From contig CAZVSN010000002.1 in the NCBI GenBank assembly GCA_964629455.1, positions 1 to 33,029 of the forward strand: a DNA stretch of 33,029 nt, read 5' to 3'. The position numbers were made by a program, and so were the translations under genes. Numbering within the stretch: the stretch's first letter is position 1; every line of letters starts with the position of its first letter. Source of the DNA: an uncultured Micavibrio sp. (GTDB lineage: Bacteria; Pseudomonadota; Alphaproteobacteria; Micavibrionales; Micavibrionaceae). Below are positions 11,067 to 19,697 of this stretch, piece after piece. The notes beneath the pieces were generated by a model that was not told the DNA's origin, did not search any database, and saw nothing but the letters and a program-made list of their open reading frames with translations.

Positions 11067-11945
11067 TTAAGTGATTTTTGCCTGAAGCATATCAAGGTAA
11101 TATGAACTTTTCTCTTGTTGAAAGCTCATATGTGCTGTTTGGGCTGCGATAGCCAAATCCAGACAATGAAGTGTCATTAGTTTTTTTAGGTCGGGTTGAT
11201 ATCCTGTGGCTGCTTTATAAGATCTCATCATGGATCTTGTGTTTTGTATGTCTTCGGATACGAGGGCGGTCATGTCTTGCTCTGGGAGGGATTTTCCAAC
11301 ATTAGCTAAGTCAAAAACGCCATATTTTTCACCGTCAAACAAAACGTTCCCCATGTGAAAATCGCCGTGAACAAATTGGTGGTATCCTGTTTCTAATGCC
11401 AATACTGAAACTTCCCGCATTAGTTTTTTTCTTAATTTCACACTCAGAATAGAATCTTTGATATCCAGATCTTTTAGGATGTTATATCTGCGTTCAATGA
11501 TGTTGGACTCAAGTGGGGCCAACTTATTGCTCTGTTCTTTCATATGCATATGAAGCTCTGCCAAAGATTGGCCAATATCTGCGTATTGGAACTTATTATT
11601 TGGCTTTGGTCTGACGCCTGTTAATTTGCTTTGTTCCAGCATGGCGCTGTACAATTTTCCATCCATTTCAAGGGGGGTATCAAATTCCTTGTATTTTCCG
11701 ATGTCCGGAGTCTTTATGTGGGGGCCTGAATATCCCCCTAAGGCTTGCAATGCAATAAACTCTCTTAAATGGGGGGAGATTTTTTGTGGTGTTGACGAAG
11801 ATCTAAATATTTTAAAAATGCTATTCTTGTCACCGATAACAAGAGCTTGTTGTCCGCCGCCCTCAAATGTATAAGACGAAGGGTCGCCAAAATTGAATTT
11901 GGCGTGGGCGGCCTTGATAAATTCGTCCTGTAAGCTTAACAACAC
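11067..11945 (-). CDS. APH-family / protein-kinase-like phosphotransferase (substrate unknown)
   Basis: 292 aa. It has a catalytic-loop motif HGDFHMGNVLF (HGDxxxxN) followed by a VFDLANVG metal-binding Asp, as in the aminoglycoside/choline/homoserine kinase-like fold. The start is GTG with no ATG near it. The gene is AT-rich (18/60 and 22/60 GC on lines 11401 and 11161) and antisense to its neighbours prfA and prmC. Confidence 0.75.
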   Translation of the reverse strand: MLLSLQDEFIKAAHAKFNFGDPSSYTFEGGGQQALVIGDKNSIFKIFRSSSTPQKISPHLREFIALQALGGYSGPHIKTPDIGKYKEFDTPLEMDGKLYSAMLEQSKLTGVRPKPNNKFQYADIGQSLAELHMHMKEQSNKLAPLESNIIERRYNILKDLDIKDSILSVKLRKKLMREVSVLALETGYHQFVHGDFHMGNVLFDGEKYGVFDLANVGKSLPEQDMTALVSEDIQNTRSMMRSYKAATGYQPDLKKLMTLHCLDLAIAAQTAHMSFQQEKSSYYLDMLQAKIT

Positions 11946-12064
11946 ATTCTCTCTATTATTATTTTCTTAATTGTAATCATTATGATAAATGTTAACCATT
12001 AATGATTCCTTAATATACAATAAACCCTTTCCATTTTATAGCATCTCCTTGTACATCTCAGCCT

Positions 12065-12913
12065 ATGAATTATCACGATATCAAATCACAATTGTCTGCC
12101 GCAGGAATAGACACCGCCGAATTAGAAGCGCGGATATTGCTTGAGGATGTGGCGGGCATTCCGAAATCGGAATTCCTGTTCCAAAAAAACAAAGACCTGT
12201 CCCCCGACATCACCCAAAAGATTCAAATCATCATTGACCGTCGCGTGGGTGGGGAATCGCTTGGGCGTGTTTTGGGGTATCGTGATTTTTGGAATTCTCG
12301 GTTTTATTTATCGGCTGACACGCTGGAACCACGCCCCGATACCGAAACATTAATCGAAGCGGCATTGGAATGTGAATCGCCGCCCAAACGAATTCTCGAC
12401 CTCGGGACGGGGACGGGATGCATTCTGCTCTCACTTCTTCAGGAATACCCCGATGCCATCGGGGTGGGTGTTGATATTGCAGGCGGGGCCTGTGTTACAG
12501 CGCGTGAGAACGCCCAACGACTGGGGCTTCAAAATCGTGTGACCTTTTTAAACGGATCTTGGTTTGAACCGTTGGCAAACGAATCTCAATTCGACCTGAT
12601 TGTGTCGAATCCTCCCTATATTCCATCTGTAGAGATTCGGAATTTGCAAAATGAAGTGAAGAATCATGACCCGATTCTGGCATTGGATGGGGGCGAAGAC
12701 GGATTATTGCCCTATAAATTTCTGTTGCCGAAGTTCAAAAACTATTTGGAGCAGGGTGGAACTGTGTTGTTAGAGTTCGGAGCAGGGCAGGTGGATGACA
12801 TCGTCCGAATCGTGGAAGACGCTGGAGCGACTCTGATTCGCACAATCCATGACCTTGGGGGGCATCCAAGGGTGGTCAAAATTGCGTTTGGGGATAACTC
12901 AAAAAAGGGTTGA
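12065..12913 (+). CDS. prmC: release factor glutamine N5-methyltransferase
   Basis: 282 aa with the SAM motif ILDLGTGTGCILLSL and the catalytic NPPY (VSNPPYIPS). Confidence 0.94.
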   Translation: MNYHDIKSQLSAAGIDTAELEARILLEDVAGIPKSEFLFQKNKDLSPDITQKIQIIIDRRVGGESLGRVLGYRDFWNSRFYLSADTLEPRPDTETLIEAALECESPPKRILDLGTGTGCILLSLLQEYPDAIGVGVDIAGGACVTARENAQRLGLQNRVTFLNGSWFEPLANESQFDLIVSNPPYIPSVEIRNLQNEVKNHDPILALDGGEDGLLPYKFLLPKFKNYLEQGGTVLLEFGAGQVDDIVRIVEDAGATLIRTIHDLGGHPRVVKIAFGDNSKKG

Positions 12914-13036
12914 CGACCACCTTGAATAAACAAATCGAAGCGGGCACTCTCGCCTTGTTCACACAAATCGCCCAATCGTGGAGATTAACAACACAAGATG
13001 TTGGGGTGTGGATTGGTTCAGAAAACTACATGAAGT

Positions 13037-13058
13037 AGTCCTTGACTCTAAAAGGACT
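13037..13058 (+). terminator. weak candidate terminator after prmC
   Basis: 7-bp stem AGTCCTT (13037-13043) / AAGGACT (13052-13058) followed by TTTC. Both the stem and the T-run are short. Confidence 0.3.
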
Positions 13059-13132
13059 TTTCAACTTATCCACAATCGGGTAAGCTGAGAGTGAGTTTTA
13101 CCGAATCAGGGGAAAACAAGTTAGGAGAGCAC

Positions 13133-13651
13133 ATGCGATACGGATCAACCGCACGGAGAATGCGTAATAACAACAACGGGAGCAATAACAGCAATCGTGG
13201 TTCTGGAAATAACGGTGGCGGAAATCAACGCCGCAGCTTTCAGAATAAAAACAAGGTTTTTGACAGCAACGGGCCAGATGTACGCATACGCGGTACAGCT
13301 TACCAAATTATCGAAAAATACCTCGGTTTGGCAAAGGACTCTGCTTCTGCGGGTGACCGCGTTCTGGCGGAAAGCTATTTGCAATATGCAGAACACTATC
13401 AACGCATTATCAGCTCATGGGAAGATGAATACGCACCTGATCCATTCGACCCACGTTACGAAGAAACATCGGCTGCCTATGTTCAATATCTGGCGATGAA
13501 AGCCAATAACCCTGATCCGGTTGTTGAGGATGATATCTCGGATGACCAACCATCCATGCAGGATGATGATTTGGGATTACCAGGTAGCATTGTTGCCGCA
13601 CCTCGTCAGGTTCAGATTGTTCAGAAATCTGCCGAACTCGCCGACGCGTAA
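13133..13651 (+). CDS. DUF4167 domain-containing protein (conserved alphaproteobacterial protein)
   Basis: An Asn/Gly-rich basic N-terminus is followed by VRIRGTAYQIIEKYLGLAKDSASAGDRVLAESYLQYAEHYQRII, which I recognise as the DUF4167 core. The ATG at 13133 is preceded by AGGAGA (13121-13126). The ORF-track start at 13091 is a GTG upstream extension. Confidence 0.85.
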   Translation: MRYGSTARRMRNNNNGSNNSNRGSGNNGGGNQRRSFQNKNKVFDSNGPDVRIRGTAYQIIEKYLGLAKDSASAGDRVLAESYLQYAEHYQRIISSWEDEYAPDPFDPRYEETSAAYVQYLAMKANNPDPVVEDDISDDQPSMQDDDLGLPGSIVAAPRQVQIVQKSAELADA

Positions 13652-13673
13652 TTTAAAAGATATATCGAATTTC

Positions 13674-13701
13674 AAAAGCGGGCTGTTTAGTCCGCTTTTT
13701 T
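13674..13701. terminator. bidirectional intrinsic terminator shared by the DUF4167 gene and the convergent EamA gene
   Basis: Stem AAAAGCGG (13674-13681) / CCGCTTTT (13692-13699) with a 10-nt loop and T-runs on both strands. The EamA stop codon (13687-13689) lies inside the loop. Confidence 0.7.
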
Positions 13702-14589
13702 GTTTATGCGTTGTTCTTTGATAACAATAAACAAATTGCTGCCGATAATTAGGGCGGCCCCAACCCATCCGTTTAACCCCAGAATATCTCCCCAAATAAA
13801 ATAGCCGAGTAAGGATGTCCAAACGAGGTTGAGGTAATTGAATGACGCAAGGGAGGATGGTTTGGCTTTTTGATAGGCGCGGGAGATAAAATATTGCCCC
13901 GATGCTCCTGCTAGACCCAGAATAATCAACGACGGGATATCCGCCATTGATGCTGTGATATCAACAAAGGGAAGGGCGGCGGCGCAGATGAATGTGCTGC
14001 CCCCCAGAAAGAGCAAAGAAACAGTAATCGGGTTTTCGGTATGCCCCAATTTGCGCAGGGTAATGGCGACTGATGCGTGAATAATGGCTGTAATCACTGC
14101 AACAATAATACCTAATAAATTTCCCTGTTCATTCGGGTCGAGCATGACCAGAATTCCACAAAACCCAATGATAATTGCAATGATTTGTAACCGTGTTGTT
14201 TGTTCATTCAGGACAAGGCGAGAGAGTAAAATTGTCCAGAAAGATGATGTAAACAGAATGGTTGTGGCCACGGGCAGGGGCAGAAGTTTGTAAGAATAAA
14301 ACGTCATGACCAATCCTAATGTCCCGATAATGCATCTGATTATCATTAATTTGGGTTGTTGGACGCGGAAAAGATTCTGTTGTTTTTGGTGCAGCCCCAG
14401 AAACAACATCGGCAGAAAGGCCAATAATGATCTGTAGAAAGATATTTCAACGATACTCATATGGGGGGAGAGCCATTTGCTTGCCCCGTACATTATTGAA
14501 AAAGATAAAACCGCAAGATTCATGGATATGATGGCGGTGCGAGATTCTGGGGACATAAAGGGAACTTTCTTGAAATAACACGCGGACAA
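13687..14589 (-). CDS. EamA/DMT-family transporter
   Basis: About 10 hydrophobic segments arranged as two EamA-like halves, with a basic C-terminal tail. The start is uncertain: the ORF track uses TTG at 14589, and ATG at 14556 (MSPESRT...) is an alternative. Confidence 0.85.
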   Translation of the reverse strand: MSACYFKKVPFMSPESRTAIISMNLAVLSFSIMYGASKWLSPHMSIVEISFYRSLLAFLPMLFLGLHQKQQNLFRVQQPKLMIIRCIIGTLGLVMTFYSYKLLPLPVATTILFTSSFWTILLSRLVLNEQTTRLQIIAIIIGFCGILVMLDPNEQGNLLGIIVAVITAIIHASVAITLRKLGHTENPITVSLLFLGGSTFICAAALPFVDITASMADIPSLIILGLAGASGQYFISRAYQKAKPSSLASFNYLNLVWTSLLGYFIWGDILGLNGWVGAALIIGSNLFIVIKEQRINKKAD

Positions 14590-14629
14590 TATGCCGACTG
14601 CGACATTTTATCAATATCTGTTCCCGCGA

Positions 14630-14657
14630 CTTGAACCATAGAATAAAATTCCTAAAT
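14630..14657 (+). promoter_or_regulatory. candidate RpoH (sigma-32)-type heat-shock promoter for clpB
   Basis: CTTGAA (14630-14635), a 15-nt spacer, then CCTAAAT (14651-14657). This resembles the CTTGAA / CCCCATnT-like sigma-32 pattern and lies about 45 nt upstream of the clpB ATG. It is a pattern match only. Confidence 0.3.
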
Positions 14658-14698
14658 CAGCTATAAAGAACAATCAGATTCTTAAGGTAGGTTTATTT

Positions 14699-17272
14699 AT
14701 GGATTTCGACCGTTTCAGTGAAAAATTTCGCTCCCTGTTGCAAAAGGCACAGACGCTTGCCATGCGTTCCAATCATCAATCGTTGGAACCCGAACATATT
14801 CTGAAAGTGATGATGGAAGATGAAGAGGGGCAAGTCCTTCGTCTGATTAAGGCCGCAGGTGGTGATGCGGCGCGTCTGAAAAAAAATATTGAAACATCGC
14901 TTGCGAAATTGCCTGTGGTGCAGGGGTCGGGTGCGGGCGGATTGCGTCTGTCGAATGATTTGGCAAAAATCATGGATAGTGCCGAACAATTGGCCGAGAA
15001 AGCTGGCGATAAATTCCTGACATCTGAACGCGTGTTACAGGCAATGACCCTTGCCAAAGCGAGTGAAGTCACAGGGCATTTGGAAGAGTCTGGCGTGACT
15101 GCGGCGCATATGAATACGTCCATCAATGAATTGCGTAAAGGCCGTACCGCAGACAGCGCTGGCGCAGAAGATACATTTGATAGTTTGAACAGATATGCCA
15201 AAGATATGACCGCGTTGGCGCGCGAAGGAAAGCTTGACCCTGTCATCGGGCGTGATGAAGAAATTCGCCGCACGATTCAGGTTTTATCCCGTCGTACCAA
15301 AAACAACCCTGTTCTCATCGGGGAACCGGGTGTTGGTAAAACAGCCATTATCGAAGGTCTGGCGCAACGGATTGTGAACGGCGACGTTCCGGAATCTCTC
15401 CGCGATAAAAAATTAATGTCACTGGATTTGGGCTCGCTGATTGCGGGTGCGAAATTCCGTGGTGAATTCGAAGAACGGTTAAAAGCTGTTTTGGATGAAA
15501 TCAAAAACGCATCGGGTGAAATTATTTTGTTCCTCGATGAATTGCATACATTGGTCGGTGCGGGTAAAGCCGATGGCGCGATGGATGCGGGTCAAATGTT
15601 AAAACCTGCGCTGGCGCGTGGCGAATTGCATATGGTTGGTGCAACCACTCTTGATGAATATAGGAAACATATTGAAAAAGATGCGGCGCTGGCTCGCCGT
15701 TTCCAACCTGTGTTCGTGTCTGAACCGAATGTTGCCGACACCATTTCTATTTTGCGCGGGTTAAAAGAAAAATACGAAGCCCACCACGGGGTGCGCATTA
15801 CCGACGGTGCTATTGTTGCGGCTGCCAATATGTCGAACCGATATATCACCGACCGTTTCTTGCCTGATAAAGCGATTGATTTGATTGACGAAGCTTCATC
15901 CCGTCTGCGGATGGAGGTGGACAGCAAACCCGAAGAAATCGACGAATTGGACAGACGTATCATTCAATTGAAAATTGAACGCGAAGCCCTGAAAAAAGAA
16001 ACCGATGCAGCGTCCAAAGACCGTCTGGGTAAATTGGACGAAGAATTAAAAGATATCGAAGGTAAATCGGCAAATCTGACGGCTCAATGGCAGGCAGAAA
16101 AAGATAAAGTTACCAAAGGTCAGAAATTGACCGAAGAACTGGACAAAGCGCGGATTGAGCTGGAACAAGCGGAACGTGACGGCAAATGGGAAAAGGCCAG
16201 TGAATTGAAATATGGTCGCATTCCGCAATTAGAGGCAGATTTGAAAAATGCGGCGGAAACCTCTGCTAAAAACATGATTAACGAAGAAGTCACTCCTGAT
16301 GATATTGCGGGTGTTGTATCCCGTTGGACGGGAATTCCTGTCGATAAAATGTTGCAGGGTGAAAATGCCAAATTGCTTGAGATGGAAGATAAACTCGAAG
16401 CGCGGGTGGTCGGGCAGTCTGAGGCGGTAAAGGCGGTTGCGGCGGCTGTTCGTCGTGCGCGGGCAGGGTTGCAAGACCCGCACCGCCCGATTGGGTCATT
16501 CTTGTTCCTCGGCCCAACGGGTGTTGGTAAAACAGAACTTACCAAAGCCCTTGCCGAATTTTTATTTGATGATGACACGGCAATGGTGCGCATTGATATG
16601 TCGGAATATATGGAGAAACATTCGGTTGCCCGTTTAATCGGCGCGCCCCCGGGCTATGTCGGATATGAAGAAGGCGGAGCATTAACCGAGTCTGTGCGTC
16701 GTCGTCCTTATCAAGTTATTCTGTTCGATGAAATTGAAAAAGCTCACGCAGATGTGTTTAACATCTTGCTTCAGGTTCTGGATGACGGACGTTTGACGGA
16801 CGGACAAGGTCGTACCGTTGATTTTTCAAACACGGTTCTGATTATGACGTCGAATTTGGGTGCCGAGCATCTGGCTAATCAGGATGAAGGCGATGATGTC
16901 GAAAAAGTTCGTGGCAAAGTCATGGAAGCTGTCCGCAAATTCTTCCGTCCTGAATTTCTCAATCGTCTGGATGAAATTTTGTTGTTCCGTCGCTTGGGTC
17001 GGGCGCAGATGGCGGGGATTGTCGATATTCAATTGGGTAATTTGCGGAAACTTCTGGAATCGCGGCGCATCGAACTCGATATCGATGACAAAGCAAAATT
17101 GTGGCTGGCGGATAAGGGGTATGACCCTGCCTATGGCGCACGACCATTAAAACGCGCGATACAGACCAATCTGCAAAACCACATGGCAGAAATGATTTTG
17201 CGCGGGCAAATCCCCGACGGGTCAAAAGTCACCGTGACAACCGACAAATCTGGGTTGGTGTTTAAGGTTTGA
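14699..17272 (+). CDS. clpB: ATP-dependent chaperone ClpB
   Basis: 857 aa with a Clp N-domain and two AAA+ modules (Walker [11 protein letters not shown] and [10 protein letters not shown]). A long coiled-coil middle domain sits between them, as in ClpB rather than ClpA. Confidence 0.98.
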   Translation: MDFDRFSEKFRSLLQKAQTLAMRSNHQSLEPEHILKVMMEDEEGQVLRLIKAAGGDAARLKKNIETSLAKLPVVQGSGAGGLRLSNDLAKIMDSAEQLAEKAGDKFLTSERVLQAMTLAKASEVTGHLEESGVTAAHMNTSINELRKGRTADSAGAEDTFDSLNRYAKDMTALAREGKLDPVIGRDEEIRRTIQVLSRRTKNNPVLIGEPGVGKTAIIEGLAQRIVNGDVPESLRDKKLMSLDLGSLIAGAKFRGEFEERLKAVLDEIKNASGEIILFLDELHTLVGAGKADGAMDAGQMLKPALARGELHMVGATTLDEYRKHIEKDAALARRFQPVFVSEPNVADTISILRGLKEKYEAHHGVRITDGAIVAAANMSNRYITDRFLPDKAIDLIDEASSRLRMEVDSKPEEIDELDRRIIQLKIEREALKKETDAASKDRLGKLDEELKDIEGKSANLTAQWQAEKDKVTKGQKLTEELDKARIELEQAERDGKWEKASELKYGRIPQLEADLKNAAETSAKNMINEEVTPDDIAGVVSRWTGIPVDKMLQGENAKLLEMEDKLEARVVGQSEAVKAVAAAVRRARAGLQDPHRPIGSFLFLGPTGVGKTELTKALAEFLFDDDTAMVRIDMSEYMEKHSVARLIGAPPGYVGYEEGGALTESVRRRPYQVILFDEIEKAHADVFNILLQVLDDGRLTDGQGRTVDFSNTVLIMTSNLGAEHLANQDEGDDVEKVRGKVMEAVRKFFRPEFLNRLDEILLFRRLGRAQMAGIVDIQLGNLRKLLESRRIELDIDDKAKLWLADKGYDPAYGARPLKRAIQTNLQNHMAEMILRGQIPDGSKVTVTTDKSGLVFKV

Positions 17273-17301
17273 TCTTTTATGAATTTTATCCTATAATTGA
17301 G

Positions 17302-17334
17302 AAATCGCCCGACACAATCTGGGCGATTTTTTTT
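17302..17334 (+). terminator. intrinsic terminator of clpB
   Basis: 9-bp stem AAATCGCCC (17302-17310) / GGGCGATTT (17321-17329) with a 10-nt loop, followed by an 8-T run. Confidence 0.85.
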
Positions 17335-17508
17335 ATTCTTGTTTTCGAGGAACAAACTGAGTTGGTGGGTTAACCCATTGTTTTTATTGATAAATAAAAT
17401 CGTATTTTATCATGCTTAAAACATATATTACCATTGCATTTTACGCATGGCTTTGTTAGCATTTGCAGCATAATTAAAATACCAAACACCAAAAACAAGG
17501 AGAATATC

Positions 17509-18738
17509 ATGGTTGCTGCTGATGTAGCATGGATGCTGGTTGCAACGGCATTGGTGCTTTTAATGACCCCGGGGGTTGCTTTCTTTTACGGGGGGATGGT
17601 TCCTCTACGCAGTGTGGTGTCCACAAAATTACAAAGCTTTGCCGCGATGGGGTTTGTTACCCTTATTTGGGCAATCTGCGGATATTCCTTGGTGTTCTCA
17701 TCTGATATCGGCGGCGGCTTAATCGGTGGGTTGGATTATTTCATGTTATCTGGTGTTGGGATGGAACCTAATCCATCTTTCGGCGCAACGATTCCCCATG
17801 TGTTGTTTATGTTGTTTCAGGCAACCTTTGCCATTATCACACCGGCCCTGATTACGGGTGCGGTTGCTGAACGTGTTCGGTTCAAAGCATGGTTGGTCAT
17901 TATGTGTTTGTGGTCGTTGCTTGTTTACGTTCCCGTGGCGCACTGGGTCTGGGGGCCTGATGGATGGATTTTGAAAATGGGCGGCATTGACTTTGCGGGC
18001 GGGATGGTTGTGCACATGACATCCGGTTATGCGGCATTGGTTGCGGCTGTTATGCTCGGAAACCGTAAGAATTTCAAACCCGAAGAACAAAACAGTTTTT
18101 CTGCACTGATGGTCTTGCTTGGCGGCACGTTGCTGTGGTTCGGGTGGATTGGCTTTAATGCGGGGTCGGCGTTGGCGGCTAATGGTTTGGCGGCACATGC
18201 GGCGGCAACAACCATTCTCGCGGCTGCTGCGGCCATGTCGACATGGATGATTTGTGATTGGTCGGTTCATGGTCGTCCGACTGCCATTGGGGCGGCGGTT
18301 GGTGCTGTTGCAGGGTTGGTTGCGATTACCCCTGCGGCAGGATTTGTGTCGTTACAATCTGCCATGTTGATTGGTGTGATAACGGCAATTGCCTGTAATT
18401 ATGCCAGCCGTCTGGTCAAACAAAAACTGAAAACAGATGACACGGTTGATGTGTTTGCCTGCCATGGAATAGGGGGCACAATCGGTGCAATTCTGACAGC
18501 CGTTTTTGCATCGTCAGAGGTCAATTCGGCAATTCCAAACGGGTTGATTTACGGGGACACAAAACTTCTTTTTGCCAATATGATTGGTGCGGCTGCTGTG
18601 ATTGTCTACACCATGGTCATGACCTATATCGTATTTAAAGTGGTTGGGTTCTTTATGGCGGTTCGCGTGACCGAAGCCGAAGAAAAATCGGGTCTGGACG
18701 CAAGCCAGCACGGTGAAAAAGCCTTCGCACTCCGATAA
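17509..18738 (+). CDS. amt: ammonium transporter (Amt family)
   Basis: It has AWMLVATALVLLMTPGVAFFYGGMV, the conserved DFAGGMVVH motif and about 11 TM segments. The ATG at 17509 is preceded by AAGGAGA (17498-17504). The ORF-track start at 17434 is a TTG extension. Confidence 0.95.
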   Translation: MVAADVAWMLVATALVLLMTPGVAFFYGGMVPLRSVVSTKLQSFAAMGFVTLIWAICGYSLVFSSDIGGGLIGGLDYFMLSGVGMEPNPSFGATIPHVLFMLFQATFAIITPALITGAVAERVRFKAWLVIMCLWSLLVYVPVAHWVWGPDGWILKMGGIDFAGGMVVHMTSGYAALVAAVMLGNRKNFKPEEQNSFSALMVLLGGTLLWFGWIGFNAGSALAANGLAAHAAATTILAAAAAMSTWMICDWSVHGRPTAIGAAVGAVAGLVAITPAAGFVSLQSAMLIGVITAIACNYASRLVKQKLKTDDTVDVFACHGIGGTIGAILTAVFASSEVNSAIPNGLIYGDTKLLFANMIGAAAVIVYTMVMTYIVFKVVGFFMAVRVTEAEEKSGLDASQHGEKAFALR

Positions 18739-18766
18739 TCCTTTCTATTCCCTCCAAAATAGAGTG

Positions 18767-18792
18767 AAAAAGCCCCGTATAGGGGCTTTTTT
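18767..18792 (+). terminator. intrinsic terminator of amt
   Basis: 10-bp stem AAAAAGCCCC (18767-18776) / GGGGCTTTTT (18782-18791) with loop GTATA and a T-run. Confidence 0.85.
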
Positions 18793-18845
18793 ATTGGGGC
18801 GGACTGCTCTATCATGCAACAGATTTACTTCTTTCCGATGGATTC

Positions 18846-19685
18846 GTGATGATGAAAAAAACTGCTGTTCTTCCCCTGATTTTTATCCTGCCACTGCTGG
18901 CGTCTTGTGCAACAGCAATGGAGGGAGCCACCCAACAAGTGTCCTTTAAAACTGTGGGGGCTGATGATGCGTTTTGTACCATCCAGATAGGGTCGAATGA
19001 TTATCGCTATGATGTGCGCCCTCCGCAAAGCCTGTGGATTCAAAAATCGCGGAAGCCATTGTTTGTTTCCTGTACCGCCCCAGGGAACCGTGTCCAGAAC
19101 GCGACGGTTGAATCTGAAATTGCAGGGACAACATTCCTGAATACATTAAATGCTGGATTGGGAGCAGGGTGGGATGCCGAGTCTGGTGCGATGTATAAAT
19201 ACCCCGAAGAAGTTGTGATTGATTTCTCGGCTGTTCCAGCCAGAGAGCAAGCGCTTCCCGCCTATATGAATAACGGGGCACTCGATACAAAAGCCCAAGG
19301 GATTGAATCTTTTGGCCCTGATGTTCCGACATTGAATGAAGACAAAATCATCGCAGAGAGATACAAAGCCGCCTATGCCGAAGATGCGCGGATGCGCGTC
19401 GAGAAAGAGGCATTTGATGCGGAACGTGATCGCCGCATTGGTGCTGTTGAAGGCGGATTTTATGGCGATAAAGGTGCAACAAATGCCCCTGATACAATAA
19501 ATGCGCCGCCAGTTGTGCCAAAAGTCACTGGAAAATATACTCCGCCCAAAACAAATCCGACAGAACTGAAGGATACATTACCTTCTGGCGTTGGTGGAGA
19601 ATCTCCTGCTGCTGCGGCTCCTGTTTTGGTTCCTCAACAACCAAAACTTGGGAAACCTTTATTCCCATCAACAACCTCTTTCTAG
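18846..19685 (+). CDS. predicted lipoprotein with a Pro/Ala-rich C-terminal tail
   Basis: Signal peptide MMMKKTAVLPLIFILPLLASC with the lipobox L-A-S-C. The C-terminal third is proline-rich low complexity (PPVVPKVTGKYTPPKTNP...AAAAPVLVPQQP). GTG 18846, ATG 18849 and ATG 18852 are all possible starts. Confidence 0.8.
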   Translation: MMMKKTAVLPLIFILPLLASCATAMEGATQQVSFKTVGADDAFCTIQIGSNDYRYDVRPPQSLWIQKSRKPLFVSCTAPGNRVQNATVESEIAGTTFLNTLNAGLGAGWDAESGAMYKYPEEVVIDFSAVPAREQALPAYMNNGALDTKAQGIESFGPDVPTLNEDKIIAERYKAAYAEDARMRVEKEAFDAERDRRIGAVEGGFYGDKGATNAPDTINAPPVVPKVTGKYTPPKTNPTELKDTLPSGVGGESPAAAAPVLVPQQPKLGKPLFPSTTSF

Positions 19686-19697
19686 ATTAGGGGAGGT

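Noticed and set aside
13160-13250. Repetitive-looking AAC/AAT/GGN-rich DNA
   Set aside because: It encodes the Asn/Gly-rich low-complexity N-terminus of the DUF4167 protein, in frame. It is not a tandem DNA repeat, CRISPR array or mobile-element end.
14776-16593. Several long antisense ORFs inside clpB (165, 75, 123, 157 and 84 aa on the minus strand)
   Set aside because: They lie entirely within a confidently identified 857-aa ClpB frame. Their translations are low-complexity Ser/Arg/Pro-rich sequences typical of the reverse frame of a real gene, and they have no RBS or motif support.
17440-17475. Possible sigma-54 (-24/-12) promoter upstream of amt (TGGCTTTGTTAGCATTTGCA)
   Set aside because: The GG-to-GC spacing is 10 or 16 nt instead of the required 12, so it does not fit TGGCAC-N5-TTGC.
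17434-17508. TTG-initiated 25-codon extension of amt
   Set aside because: The ATG at 17509 has a consensus AAGGAGA SD and gives the normal Amt N-terminus. The extension would run through that SD.
17746-18270. 174-aa minus-strand ORF inside amt
   Set aside because: It is the reverse frame of a membrane-protein gene. The translation is Arg/Pro/Cys-rich, and the region is fully explained by amt.
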